A DNA stretch of 42,697 bases from Dicyema japonicum (lineage: Eukaryota > Animalia > Dicyemida), in the NCBI GenBank assembly GCA_011109175.1, contig RDEW01000023.1, forward strand, positions 657,898 to 700,594, in the 5' to 3' direction. The notes under the pieces were generated by a model. That model had not been told where the DNA came from and did not search any database. It was given only the letters and a program-made list of their open reading frames with translations. The translations under genes and the position numbers were made by a program. The number at the start of each line of letters is the position of its first letter. Position 1 is the first letter of the stretch. Below are positions 1 to 11,288 of this stretch, in pieces.

Positions 1-9
1 TATTAGTTT

Positions 10-450
10 TTGGCTACCTTCGAGTGGTCTAATAATCAAATTCCTAGAATGATCATCTATGGGATTCCTATAACGGTCAGACGCTTGATGAGGTATTTTA
101 GAGTAACTTTCAAATTCAAGTGTAGTTTCTTGTAGCGCGCTGCCATTGTTATGAAGGGGACTGTGCAAAGGTTGGGAACTCTTCGAATTTTTAGCTGAGC
201 CAAAGTGTTCAACACCATGGTGGTGCCTATGCTCATCTACGTGCGCACTCGTAGTATCATAGTGAGGAAAGCGAAAAGCGTCTAAAATATCGGTGGAAGA
301 TGCGGAGGCCCGAGATTGCTGCCTATGCTCATCTACGTGCGCACTCGTAGTATCATAGTGAGGAAAGCGAAAAGCGTCTAAAATATCGGAGGAAGATGCG
401 GAGGCCCGAGATACAGTAATTTATAGGAATGTCTAACAGGGCGCTTTTTC
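10..450 (+). mobile_element. Degenerate LINE (RTE-like) post-RT fragment
   Basis: AKVFNTMVVPMLIY resembles the K..Y...V.P.LLY motif of the RTE copies at 12700 and 17650. Confidence 0.4.
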
Positions 451-829
451 TGGAAAGCCGGGAAATTGTATTAAAACATAGAAAAGATAAAGTTGAAAGT
501 TTTTTTTGAAATTAACATTGAGGTCATCCCACTTGACAGACATTAAAATTATTAAAAATTGCAAAAACTCAAACTCTTATTATCTGGTCCCTGAATGACA
601 CAAGACAGGTATGCCAATTCTAAAGGTGCAATAATTGTGTAAGTGCGAAGCCCGAATAGTTTTGGAAAGTGAGGTTAAATCTCAATAAACCGAACTTTAC
701 AGGCAGTCAGAATAAGTGTTTTTTTAAGACAAAAACAGCAGTTATATTAATTTGGCTTTAGAAATTTAAAGCTATTTTTAAATCGATTTAGCATACTAAT
801 AATTTTAATTTTTTAATTATAAATAAAAA

Positions 830-1610
830 ATGCAATGTGGCTCGCAATCGATGTGGTGTTATTTGAAAAAAGAAAGCTTAACTTTTCTATTCATTTTAGA
901 TGGACCAACAAGGAAGAACTATGCTTATGTGGAAATGCTGAACCAAACCCTGGACTAATTAGATTGTTCAACCAAATGTAAATGGAATAGAGAGTAAGAT
1001 ACTTGAACCTCGGAACTATGTGGAGTGGTAAAACCATTTGAGTAGCACATTGTCGTATTCTGCCTGTTTTATTGATTTTGATTGGATACCAGAATATAAA
1101 TGTTGGAATGGTGGGGATTTGTTTTATTATTACTAATTTAAAGTTCTATTGATATTGTGAGTTGGATATCCCACAATTTCACAAAAGAAATTTTACAGGT
1201 ACTACCAAATATGATCCCCTATTTGTTGCATTAATGACGTATCCACGTAGGTTCATTAGACAGCCACATTGAACATAACATAATTGGATCTGCTATTTAG
1301 AATCAGGAAATTATGAGTTTGCTATAATCATAAAATTAATAGAAATAATCCGCGGCTCATTTTTGCCATAGTCAAAAATATAATACCTCATCTTAAATTT
1401 CTGTATTTACGCTATAACTCACTATAATGGATGGATTTTAATTTTCAAAAAAGTTTTGAACAAAACATTGCCGAAAAATGAGTGAACCAGTTACTTGGTT
1501 ACAATTGAAACACAATGGTTAATATTTGATATCTAATTTAAGCTACTTATTGCGTATATTACATGAAGACTCCTCAAATAATTAAGTGACTCAGTTTCCA
1601 TACTCAAAGT
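830..1610 (+). pseudogene. Possible decayed WSC-domain (WSCD-like sulfotransferase?) gene
   Basis: A Cys pattern LCLCGN..DCSTKC..LCGV spread across frames is WSC-like. It is followed by LFVALMTYP, which resembles the PAPS-binding loop entry xALxS(F/Y)P. Many stops and frameshifts. Confidence 0.3.
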
Positions 1611-1959
1611 AAGATTTTTCGAAATTTTTGGTCGGTTTCAAAATTCGTTGGACTCGAGAGGTTCTATTTTACTTAAAAATACTATGTTAGATTATTGATT
1701 ATAGAATTTAGCAAATTTTAATAGAGACGATTTACATTTTATGGACTCATTAAATTTCGAAATTTTTGGTCGGTTTCAAAATTCGTTGGACTCGAGAGGT
1801 TCTATTTTACTTAAAAATACTATGTTAGATTATTGATTATAGAATTTAGCAAATTTTAATAGAGACGATTTACATTTTATGGACTCATTAAATTAATATT
1901 GACAAATGAGGATAATTATTGATAAGTGTCTCGAGAGTTTTTTTTACCCCAAGATCACT

Positions 1960-2470
1960 GGATTAGAAAAAATTGATCCCGGTTTTCTGGGTTCTGGCTC
2001 TCGTTCGGGGTCCTCGAAGATCCAACAGAATTGGTAGAAACGGGGACGGTCTCATTCTCCATAGATTTCCCGCATTTTCTAGATAGTCAGATATAGAGAG
2101 TGAAAGCGGACAGCCGGTTTTTATTGCATACTGTAGAAATGACTTCACTCTCCACCTTAAGTGTTCTTTAACATTCAATACGTTATCCACAGTATTCTTA
2201 TTTATTATTTTCAAGGCAGCAATTTGTCGATACGAAATAAACGACGAATAGTAGCGGAGATAGAGGATCTCCCTTAGAAGTGTTCAGTTTTGTTGTGATT
2301 TCCAGAGACGGCAATTTTCCAATGTGAACTTTCGTTTTGTATAAGAAAGTATGTACCGTCTTCGAGCACTAAATACATACTTGTCGTCTTTCTTGTCTCT
2401 TTTACCCTCATAAATTTTTTGGAATACCTAGTTATTTCAGAAGATATTGGAACTGATATATACCACAAAT
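1960..2470 (-). mobile_element. Degenerate non-LTR RT fragment
   Basis: YLGIP..TKVHIG..NTSKGDPLSPLLFVVY at ~2235-2285 matches the RT QGDPLSPxLF motif. Confidence 0.65.
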
Positions 2471-2478
2471 GATAAATG

Positions 2479-2806
2479 TTAATAATAATAAAGCCTTTTC
2501 ACGAGAGCCATAGTATTTATAGCCCTGCATAGGCAGGACACACACTTTATTTAAGTAAAGAACAGTTAATTTTAAATAATCGTAGAACCAAGGAATAATC
2601 TTCACTTCTTTTTTTTCTTTTTCTTGTGTGAGTGTCCTTTCTAGACAATCCAGTTCCGCAGTGAGAATCCACTGATGATGGCGTCACTCGTCAAACCCTT
2701 TCTGCATCGTTGATGCGTGGAACCTTCCACCAGGTGAACAGCAGCGAGATTTGAACCCGTAGCTTATGCCACTTAAGCTCGACACCTAACCTCTATGCCA
2801 CCCGGA
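2479..2806 (-). mobile_element. tRNA-derived SINE, near full-length copy
   Basis: The minus strand starts with Pol III A box TGGCATAGAGG and B box GGTTCAAATCTC, then the family core TGACGAGTGACGCCATCATCAGTG, an A-rich linker, TTAAATAAAGTGTGTGT and a (TTA)n tail. Confidence 0.75.
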
Positions 2807-2959
2807 TGAATGTTAGAGTGGAGAGAACTGTTTGTATTTTTAATACTTAATTTAAATGTGAGCCTTTTTTCTGCAACAAAATCAATAAATCGTATTTTTT
2901 AGTTAAAAAGTAAAAATTTATTTTAGTAATTTAATATATAGTAATAATTGGATGCAAGG

Positions 2960-3730
2960 GCCAAAAATTCCCTATTTCCACTAATAGTGTGTCAAATTCG
3001 GTGTTCTTATGTCTCTGTCTTCACACAAACTCCGCATAATCGCTGTTTAGTTGGTTTCGGGCGATCCTTATTTCCATTTTACTCTACAAATAGCACTAGC
3101 CCATATTCTGAAATAATTTTAATGAGATTAGAGGATTTTACAGTTGTATCCGAAGTCAGCCAAGATTGTTTTGACATTTATCTGCGTCACAGTTTTAGAA
3201 CTCAACAAAAATTAAGTTTGATAAATTTACTGAAAAATCTTCTTAGTCTTTATTTACCTCAAACAAACGACTTGGACAATTGACAGTAGATATATTTATC
3301 AACCAGACAAAAATACCTATCACAAAAAACTGAAAATCTTGGTGATCACCTTCAACACACACATGTCCTTTTCATCTAACGTCGACAATGCCTCTGGAAA
3401 TGCTCAAGAAAGCTAGGGAAAATCAAAACTAATTTCGGAAGAATCAGGGACATTCAGGCCTTAACAGCCACTACTGTTAGTAATCTCGGGAACTAGAAAA
3501 ACTAATACAATCATCACTTGACGACCTTATCCGACAAAATAGAAAGGGATTTGCTACCCTGTGCAGGCAGAGCAACTATAAACAATACACACCATGACGT
3601 GTCTTATGAGATGGGCATACATCCAATTCCTATTTCCAAACCCACCCCAGCCACAGAGAAGTTGTGTTGGATCCCAAAAGGCGCACGAGAAGAAAATGAA
3701 GAATCTGATTGAGGCTTTCGAGATCACTTA
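2960..3730 (+). mobile_element. Degenerate CR1/L2/jockey-like RT 3' region
   Basis: IFINQTKIPI..LG..MSFSSNVDNA..LGKIKTNF..DKIE..SY.. follows the post-RT pattern of these LINE clades, with many frameshifts. Confidence 0.5.
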
Positions 3731-4109
3731 ATTAATTTAGTAATTAAATTAACTATTGGTGTTCTTGGGTTAATAATAATAATAACATCGATTTTCACAA
3801 AATATCAGACACTCTAGATTGGGTTGAACACTTTGGTGTTCTTGTGTTAATAATAATTATAATAATATAGCTTTTCACAAAAGATCAGACACTCTCGATC
3901 ACCACTCAAAGGAACTCATACAGCGGTGATAGTTTGTAAACTACATTTTGCGCCATAAGTGGAGATCTTTATACATTGGTAGTCTCGTGTAAAGAGCAGT
4001 TCCATATTACAAATGCAGATTAATCAGATTAAATTAGAATTCTTGTTAAATAAAAATAACCTTGTTAAATAGTTGTTTGTGTCAATAACATCCACATTTA
4101 AAGTTTTCT

Positions 4110-4660
4110 CATTAACATTATTTAAGCTAAATAATGAGCACCACTACCTCTTTGCTGAAATCGCCATATGGACCCAGGACTCGATATTATTTATCTACAA
4201 AATATTCTCTATTTGTATCAATCTACTGTGGATTCTTCCAGATTTTAGTGAAGTTGCTTTTCCAAATTCTATTCATTCTCCATCACAATTCCGATTGATT
4301 AGACATCCCATAAAAAAACAACATTATCGCATCTCTCTATTTTCTCATTCCCAATTTTTAGTTCCATGTCTGAATTTAGAGACACTTTATTAAACCAACC
4401 AAAAAAGTTACTATTTGACCTTTAACTACCTTCCTCGCCATTGTCTAATTGATCCTCTTCCTATCTCTTGTACTCCAATGTAAGACTCTCTAGGGTTCGT
4501 TTTAAACAGTGAACTGTAGGTTTCCCTGGAGCTTCTACCTTGATCTACCCTGGTGTTCTCTATTACAGATTGCGCATTTAGAGAAGTCTTACATAGCAAC
4601 GCTGCCCTATACGAATGCCTTCAGTAATTTACCGATTTGTCTCAGGCATAATAATGGACT
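4110..4660 (-). mobile_element. Degenerate RTE LINE fragments
   Basis: 4150-4390 is the reverse-strand homolog of 16920-17090 (shared FRLIRHP shadow frame). 4430-4560 reads RGRSRRSSRETY..RQWRG, which resembles the RTE C-terminus. Confidence 0.55.
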
Positions 4661-5924
4661 TTTTTTAAAGTCATATTTTTATTTCTGACTTAATGTTTCT
4701 GAAACAATAGTCGATTAATTCCTTAAACGTTCTAAAAAACAACTGTGTCAACAAGTTAGAAATAGTCAGAATAAAAACAATTTTACCAGATCCATTTAAG
4801 TATCTTACCGCTCAATGCATAAGTAACCACGTGTTACAACGTTTGGACACTACTGGCTATCGATTGGAGGCTTTAATGGAGTCACCTGAATCATACTTTC
4901 TTGAATAGTGGCTTTGGATAGAAACTCTCCTGGAGCTTAGTTTTTGAAGTAGTGAGGTCAAGACTATTCTGGAGTCAACCGGAAAACAGTTTTGGTAGTT
5001 AATCATGGCTGTATTTACAGAGACAAGAATTTTTACATATCATTACGATTTTTAGAATAATAATGTAAATTTATCACAATATTTGAATTCTCGTATAATT
5101 GGAAAAATGTATGAATTAACTGCCATTAAAGAAAATCTTTGTCGTAGAATATTATGTAATCATTGAATCATTAATATTATCGAAATGTTACGTATTGTGT
5201 CATTATGGCTTCTTTAGACGCTGAATGTACGAGTGGGAGGTGCTACATATTTTTAATATATCAATTTTAATTAAAACATATCTCCACAATCTTTTAAAAA
5301 ATACTTGCTCTTTTTGATTTTGATGTTAAATCATTAATTGTGGCATTGAGGATGCTGGTTATGCAGGAGATATGTAGAAATATTTGTTAGAATCATAGTA
5401 CTGTGAGTAGCTTATAAATATGTTTATTTATTTTTGATTTTGTCCGAAAACAGTTTTCATACAGATTCTCTGGTACCGTTTGAAGTTGTAAAAATACTAT
5501 GAAAAATGAGGTTAGCGAACTTTTTATGTTTTAACCGCCAACTCTATTTAAAATTTAGTTCGAACAGAGGAATGCTTATTTATTGGGCGTAACCACATAA
5601 ATAAAACGGTCATTTTTTGAGAATCACTAATAAATTTTAAAAAAGCTGAATCCAAACTCTCATAGGATGCACCTTATTATTTCAAATATTTTCCATTTTT
5701 TACTTTAATTTATTGGAGTGGATAAATTAAATTTGTACATGGTTAGAATCCCTTACTCTCAAAGAGGACTGTAAATTCCAAATACATTCTATGCACGTGG
5801 AAGCTATAAGGAAGACTGTTAATCGAGAAATATTAATTTTTACTCATTTACTTTAGAAATTTGAAGTTTGGTGAGATTGTCGATATTCCAAGTCTATAAT
5901 GTATTTTTCATGCACTCAATCTTC

Positions 5925-6170
5925 CCCATTTTCCATTGGATCATTCAATGCAAGACGTCTAACATTATACATAAAAGACAACACTTATGTGCGGACTTGC
6001 AACAATACGGAATATCTGTATGCTGTCTCCAGGAGACTAAAGTCCCCAATGGTCTGGATGAAATAATGAACGGGTATTGACTGCTCCAATTGACGTCAGA
6101 CTGGCAACATTGGTAGATGGGGTTCGCTATACGGGTAGACACAGCTGTGTCTATCAACGACAGGATGCCA
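5925..6170 (+). mobile_element. APE-type endonuclease N-terminal fragment of a LINE (RTE-like)
   Basis: IGSFNARRL followed, after a frameshift, by LCADLQQYGISVCCLQETK matches APE motifs I and II. Confidence 0.75.
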
Positions 6171-6820
6171 TCTTCCAATGTCATCTTATCTCAAAAAAAA
6201 CTAAACTTGTAAAATTACTCTTCGGAGACTACAAAGGCTACTTCAAATCAACGTTTAGGTGAGACTATAAGATAACCGATAATCAGATATAGATGTGCTT
6301 TCGACAAACACAATAAACTAAGTGATTTCGCTTACAATCTCTCGGAGAACACTTCTCGTAACAGACATAACCAATGAGGCGAAACGGAAACGGTTTTTGT
6401 TCCGAACATTACAATTGAGGATTTCGAATAAGTGGTAAAATACAACACTTATTTTAGCTAAAAAAACTAACAAGCAATATTACAAAAATGTCGAAGAAGA
6501 ACAATTAATTCAGAACACGTTATACTCTGTGTGATTCATATTTGGGATCAGTTTAGTCTATATTTCTACACTTTTAGTCCCCTCCCAAAATTACATAATT
6601 TACCTGAACTCTAAGAAAGTGTTGACAATACAAACATAAAAAGATTATGCAAAGTGGAGTGGTATGGAAGCTAAAAGAGAGAAGCCTCACTGCTGAGCAT
6701 ATTTGGACGATGACGAGTAAAGGAACATTTGTTAAGTAATTTGATGAAGATGAGTTCTTCCTCTTNNNNNNNNNNNNNNNNNNNNNNNNNNNNNNNNNNN
6801 NNNNNNNNNNNNNNNNNNNN

Positions 6821-6965
6821 CGGTCGTTTCCCGTCACTTCTGCATAACCCGACCGGTTCAAGAATGGCCGAGTATCCAGCAGCATCCATAGCTCTCCTGA
6901 CAATTTCATTCAGAGCCTTGTGCATTGAGGATCTGCTAGCGCTCCTCCTGCAGACGAGAGGGTGA
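6821..6965 (-). mobile_element. CRE-clade RLE fragment, cut by an N-gap
   Basis: HPLVCRRSASRSSMHKALNEIVRRAMDAAGYSAILEPVGLCRSDGKRP is highly similar to the 29060-29210 region. Confidence 0.85.
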
Positions 6966-7299
6966 TAAACAAATTGACTAATGGGTTGTCCATAAAATAA
7001 TAGATCCCCGAGATAACGGTCCTTTTATTGTACTTTCATTTATAATATTTAGAGCCAAAATTTGACTTTATTTTATAACAAAAATAAAAGTCGTGGTGAA
7101 ATTAGGAGACCATCACGTGTTAATTCACGAAAAATTACAACTCATAGAAAGTCTACATATATTGTATAAATAAGTGAATAAATGATAAGTCACATTTTCC
7201 AGTTATGTTTGCTTATCTCACATCTTTATGTTCTTTCGTTTTGTTACTCCACCTAAGAGTTATCTTAACAATGTCCGTGAAGAAATCTACAAGACCTCA

Positions 7300-7860
7300 G
7301 GGTAATGTTTGAGGAGGATCTGGATCTGAGAAGTCAATAAAGAGCATTTTTTGTATAGCGACCCCATTGAGGAGGACTATAGAAGATATCACTGGGAGGG
7401 ATTCTATATTAGAAAATCTATAAAGGATAATTTTTGAGAGGAATTCTATATTGGAAGAGAGAGTATAGAGGACAATGTTGAAGGTGACTCTATTGTTTCT
7501 GAATATTCCATTCATAATGATGTTGTATTAGTGGGTCTCATAAGGATAGTTGGTACCCCAGAAAGTAAAAATGATTTGAGAGGAATTCTATATTGGAAGA
7601 GAGAGTATAGAGGACAATGTTGAAGGTGACTCTATTGTTTCTGGGTATTCCATTCATAATGATGTGGTATTAGTGGGTCTCATAAGGATAGTTGGTACCC
7701 CAGAAAGTAAAAATGATTGGATTGATGAGTCAATTCACTCATGTCAATGAGGAGTCAGCTGTTCAATACATTCCCAATAATAAATATTAACTTACCTTTT
7801 CCGCGAGCTGTCCGATTAACCTTAAAACTCAGACGCCAGACGTCTTAACGGAGATCAAAA
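7300..7860 (-). mobile_element. Possible degenerate APE endonuclease fragment
   Basis: VNRTARGKG..LIFII resembles the R.DR..RGGGV..YI motif. Support is weak, and the region includes a 142-bp duplication. Confidence 0.3.
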
Positions 7861-7906
7861 GGAAAACGAACCAGTTCGCAAAGCTGTGGTAATTAAACTT
7901 TTATAT

Positions 7907-8353
7907 TAGGGGTTCCCAACCTTTTTCAACAAATGCACCACTTTCTTTGTTAAACATTCTCATGTACCACTTCTTATCATACTTAAGATTAAATAAAATT
8001 AATTTTTACATGCTTGTATATATCAAATTTATTTAATTTTTTTTTATTAAAAATTTTATTTAAATCAGAAAACCATTTTTACAGTAAATCATATTTAAAA
8101 CTGCCATCCATCCGAAGTAAACCCCGCCGACATTATCGACGTTATTTAATTAAATTATTTAAAATATTTTATGAACTTTGACATCTTGTGTCGGTAACAC
8201 CATTAGTCAATTTGTTTTGATGTTTATCCATGATTATTAAAATAAAGAGCTTTAAAAAAAGTTTGTCAGATAAATTTTTGTGAAATCGATCTGGACCACT
8301 CCAGATTCTCGGTGTACCACAGGTGGTCCACCTGACCTCTTTGGGAATCACTG
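7907..8353. mobile_element. Non-autonomous hAT (Charlie-like) element / MITE
   Basis: Imperfect TIRs TAGGGGTTCCCAA ... TTGGGAATCACTG, subterminal GTACCAC motifs at both ends, and an AT-rich interior. No clear 8-bp TSD. Confidence 0.5.
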
Positions 8354-8394
8354 GGCTTGAGAGTATAACTCAATTGAAGATGAACAAAACTGCA

Positions 8395-8893
8395 TCACGG
8401 AGAAAGTGCAATTTTCTTGTACAGAGGAGTGACAGAAAGCTCTCTTCCTTTTCTCCTCATTTCGCCCATATAATCCCCTAGTGAATAATTGACCCCCAAA
8501 TATCGCATACGGTATTTCTTATTCACTCCGAGTATGTATTCCTGTTTTAGATGATTTTCCATGACATATTCAGAGTGCATTCGATTTTCAGTAGAGATTC
8601 AACACCTCATGTTCACCACTACTCAATCTGGTCAACATAATTTGCGTATCTTAATTCAGATGTAGAAGTTTTTTGCGGATGTGTTAATCATCCGCATAAT
8701 ATGTCAAGAATACTAAACAGTTCGCTGAGTACAATCTTAGAAAGAATGTTTTTCTACCTAAACACCAATTTTCAACGGTGACAGTCGAATTCAAATGCAC
8801 TTTACATACAATCGGGCTATCTGTCTCTATCAACGGTAAACTCAACAATCTAAAAGACAAGATGTTTTCTATATTTGACCATGGACGAATCAC
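8395..8893 (-). mobile_element. Non-LTR RT fragment
   Basis: The YADD catalytic motif (LTYYADD) is followed downstream by RYLGV. Confidence 0.65.
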
Positions 8894-8945
8894 TATATAA
8901 TTAATCTACTAAATAATCTCAAAATTGTGACTAAATAATTAAAAA

Positions 8946-9756
8946 TTAACAGTCACTACTTAATGAATGATACCGTCTTCGGCGACGATTTAATATGAAA
9001 ATGATGCCAAAAATTATAATTCCAACAATTACACCAATTGCGATTAAGTATCTGGTATCTAAATTTAAGTATTTATGTACCTTTTTGACTTTTACTGCTA
9101 ATATACAATACATGATTTTTTAGTCTATCAAATTCACATTCGAAAGCTAAATCATGATAAATCTTAATATAACCATTTCCTATAAAATCTGTACTATTAT
9201 CTGTTTTCCAAGATTGTATTTTCATATCACTTATAGTGACAATACCAGTTGGAGATAAATTTATGACATATTTGCTGCATTTGTAATAACCGTTTTTTGT
9301 GATTTTTTCTGGAAAACGGACAAATTTAGCAAAATCTAGATTAATAAACCATTTTCTTTACCTTTATGATTATGTGACAGTAAAAGTAAGCGAACAGATG
9401 AAATACGATTTTTAACATAATAAGATCTGATAGCATATGTTAATTTTATGCCATTTTTCTTCCACGAAAATACAAATTTAAGACGTTCAATTATTTTAAA
9501 AGCAAATGTTGCATCATTCAAATTTTCATATTTAGTCTATTAAATAAAATGTGATTACAGTGTTATTAATAGTGTATGAAACATCAATTTTTCCTTTGAA
9601 TAATGCTATAATCCGAGCATCCTCTCTAACAACCCACATTGGTGTTGCATTATCCAATATTACTGAAGTTATAATTTCACTCATTATTGAATTACAAATG
9701 ATTATACATGAATATACTGGTGATATTATTTATTATGTACTTAGTAATTGGAGCAT
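8946..9756 (-). CDS. LAMP-like (lysosome-associated membrane glycoprotein family) type I membrane protein, 6 exons, 229 aa
   Basis: Removing five GT-AG micro-introns (9717-9740, 9537-9558, 9336-9361, 9147-9173, 9059-9080; 24/22/26/27/22 nt) leaves a 690-nt stop-free frame: MLQLLIYSCIIICNS..WVVREDARIIALFKGKIDVSYTINNT..GYYKCSKY..ISDMKIQSW..FIGNAFECEFD..YLIAIGVIVGIIIFGIIFILNRRRRRYHSLSSDC*. It has a hydrophobic N-terminus, NxT sequons, LAMP-like YxC / xxIQ / F-G-xxC-xx-D motifs, one TM helix, a basic stop-transfer and a YxxL sorting motif. Confidence 0.8.
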
Positions 9757-10034
9757 TCACACAGCGTAATTGTCACAATTAATTAAAAATTTTATTAAAA
9801 TAAATTAAATTATAAACAATAAATTAATGTTAATTTTATTTAATCCGAAATTCTGAAGATTTAGTTATTTCATAATTATGGATACTTTTACCATTTTACT
9901 TAATAAATTATGTACATTTGTCTATTTTTTAAATTATATACATTTGTCTATTTCAGATAAGAGCCTTCTAAAAGCTTTTTTAATTTGGTCATACATTAAC
10001 CTATTTATTTAAGCAAATAAAATAATAAATGGTT

Positions 10035-10330
10035 ATAGTGTTGATATGCTGACATACACTCTCCGAAGAATATAACCGTTTTAGTCTCTGACCCAGGTCA
10101 TGCTTCTAAACAAGAAGTGAAGTCAGAAAAAAAGGAAGTATTGAAGCATCTTGGAGGATCACTTTTTTGTCCCATTTGCTGTTGAAACGTCAGAAATCTT
10201 GGCCCACGATCTAGTCTGCCAGATGGGCTCAATAATCAAAAAGGCCAACAAAGATCCACGTGAGAGTGGATAGCTTTGAAAGCGAATCTCAATAGCCATT
10301 GTCAGAGGAATCATGTGCAATTCTAGGTCA
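10035..10330 (+). mobile_element. Degenerate CRE-clade C-terminal fragment
   Basis: PFAVETSEIL..KKANKDPRESG*L*KRISIAIVRG matches the C-terminus LAMETSG..NLRERRWLFERISLAILRG at 29395-29540. Confidence 0.7.
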
Positions 10331-10389
10331 CTAAATGAATTGCTCTTTTAACTGTTTAATTTTTAAAATTTAATTTTTTAAGTGATTCC

Positions 10390-10670
10390 AACCGGAGAGT
10401 GCCAGTCTTAGATTCACATTTTTCAACCTTAAATTTTTCGAGCCATCCACGACTGGTATAAAATCTGCTATGTGGGGTTTCTTGCATCTCTCTCCCCCTT
10501 TAAATGAATAATCGCGTCATTAAGAACTGCTCTTCTGGTTTCCATAAGTTCAATCCATGACATGGTATCCTCATCGATTTTATTGAATTCCTTGCCAAAT
10601 ACCATGAGGTCCCTAGTTCGACTCTCACTGCTGTTCATTCGGTTAAAGTTTCCATGTATCTACGATACTT
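10390..10670 (-). mobile_element. Tigger/pogo (CENP-B HTH) transposase fragment
   Basis: KIDEDTMSWIELME..LNDAII..RFYTSRGWLEKFK matches the F.AS.GWL..FK signature of the Tc5/CENP-B helix-turn-helix. Confidence 0.75.
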
Positions 10671-10671
10671 C

Positions 10672-10795
10672 TGGGTTGACTAGTGACGCCGTCATCAGTG
10701 TTTAATGTCGCATGCAATTCCGGGTACACTAATAGCATGACTGTTCTCGCTTCTTAAATAAAGTATGAGCTCTGCTTAAGCTGAGGTTAATAATG
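10672..10795 (+). mobile_element. SINE family copy, internally deleted
   Basis: Core TTGACTAGTGACGCCGTCATCAGTG and ACTGTTCT..CTTAAATAAAGT. It abuts the Tigger fragment. Confidence 0.55.
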
Positions 10796-11288
10796 GAAAC
10801 ATTACTACTTTTTTGCGACAGGGCTGTTGTTAAACAAAATACTTTAATATTTTTGATAAAAATTTGAGAAAACTTAATCAAAAAATTAATCTATTTCATG
10901 CCAATTAGTTCTCAAGAATAAAGTAATGAATTCCATTTCTGAAAATGTCAAATATTGAACCTTATTAATTTGATTATATTGACCGCCAAAAACGGCCAGT
11001 GCTTACGACCCTTAGGTTGCACCTCAAACCTGCAAATAAAGAGAGGTTAATTTAAGCAGGAAGACTTTTGAAAGAGAACTTACTTCAGTCACTTTAAAAA
11101 GAGAACTGATGCTCTTCCAGTTCCATAAAAATCTGAAAGGATTGGCTATATGTTTGGGGAGGTCGGAGATTCTGCGAGTAATTAAATAACGGAATTGGCA
11201 CTTAGCTACAATCGCAGGACTTGTTCGTTTCTACGTCGGGTACATTATGTAACCATTGCAAGAAAAACAAAAAGACTTGATCATTTTG

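Noticed and set aside
2670-2700. Hammerhead ribozyme (CTGATGA motif)
   Set aside because: The motif lies antisense to the SINE, and no correctly placed GAAA box or closing stems were found.
2735-2806. Genuine tRNA gene
   Set aside because: A and B boxes are present, but there is no convincing acceptor stem and it is fused to a repeated body and tail, so it is a SINE head.
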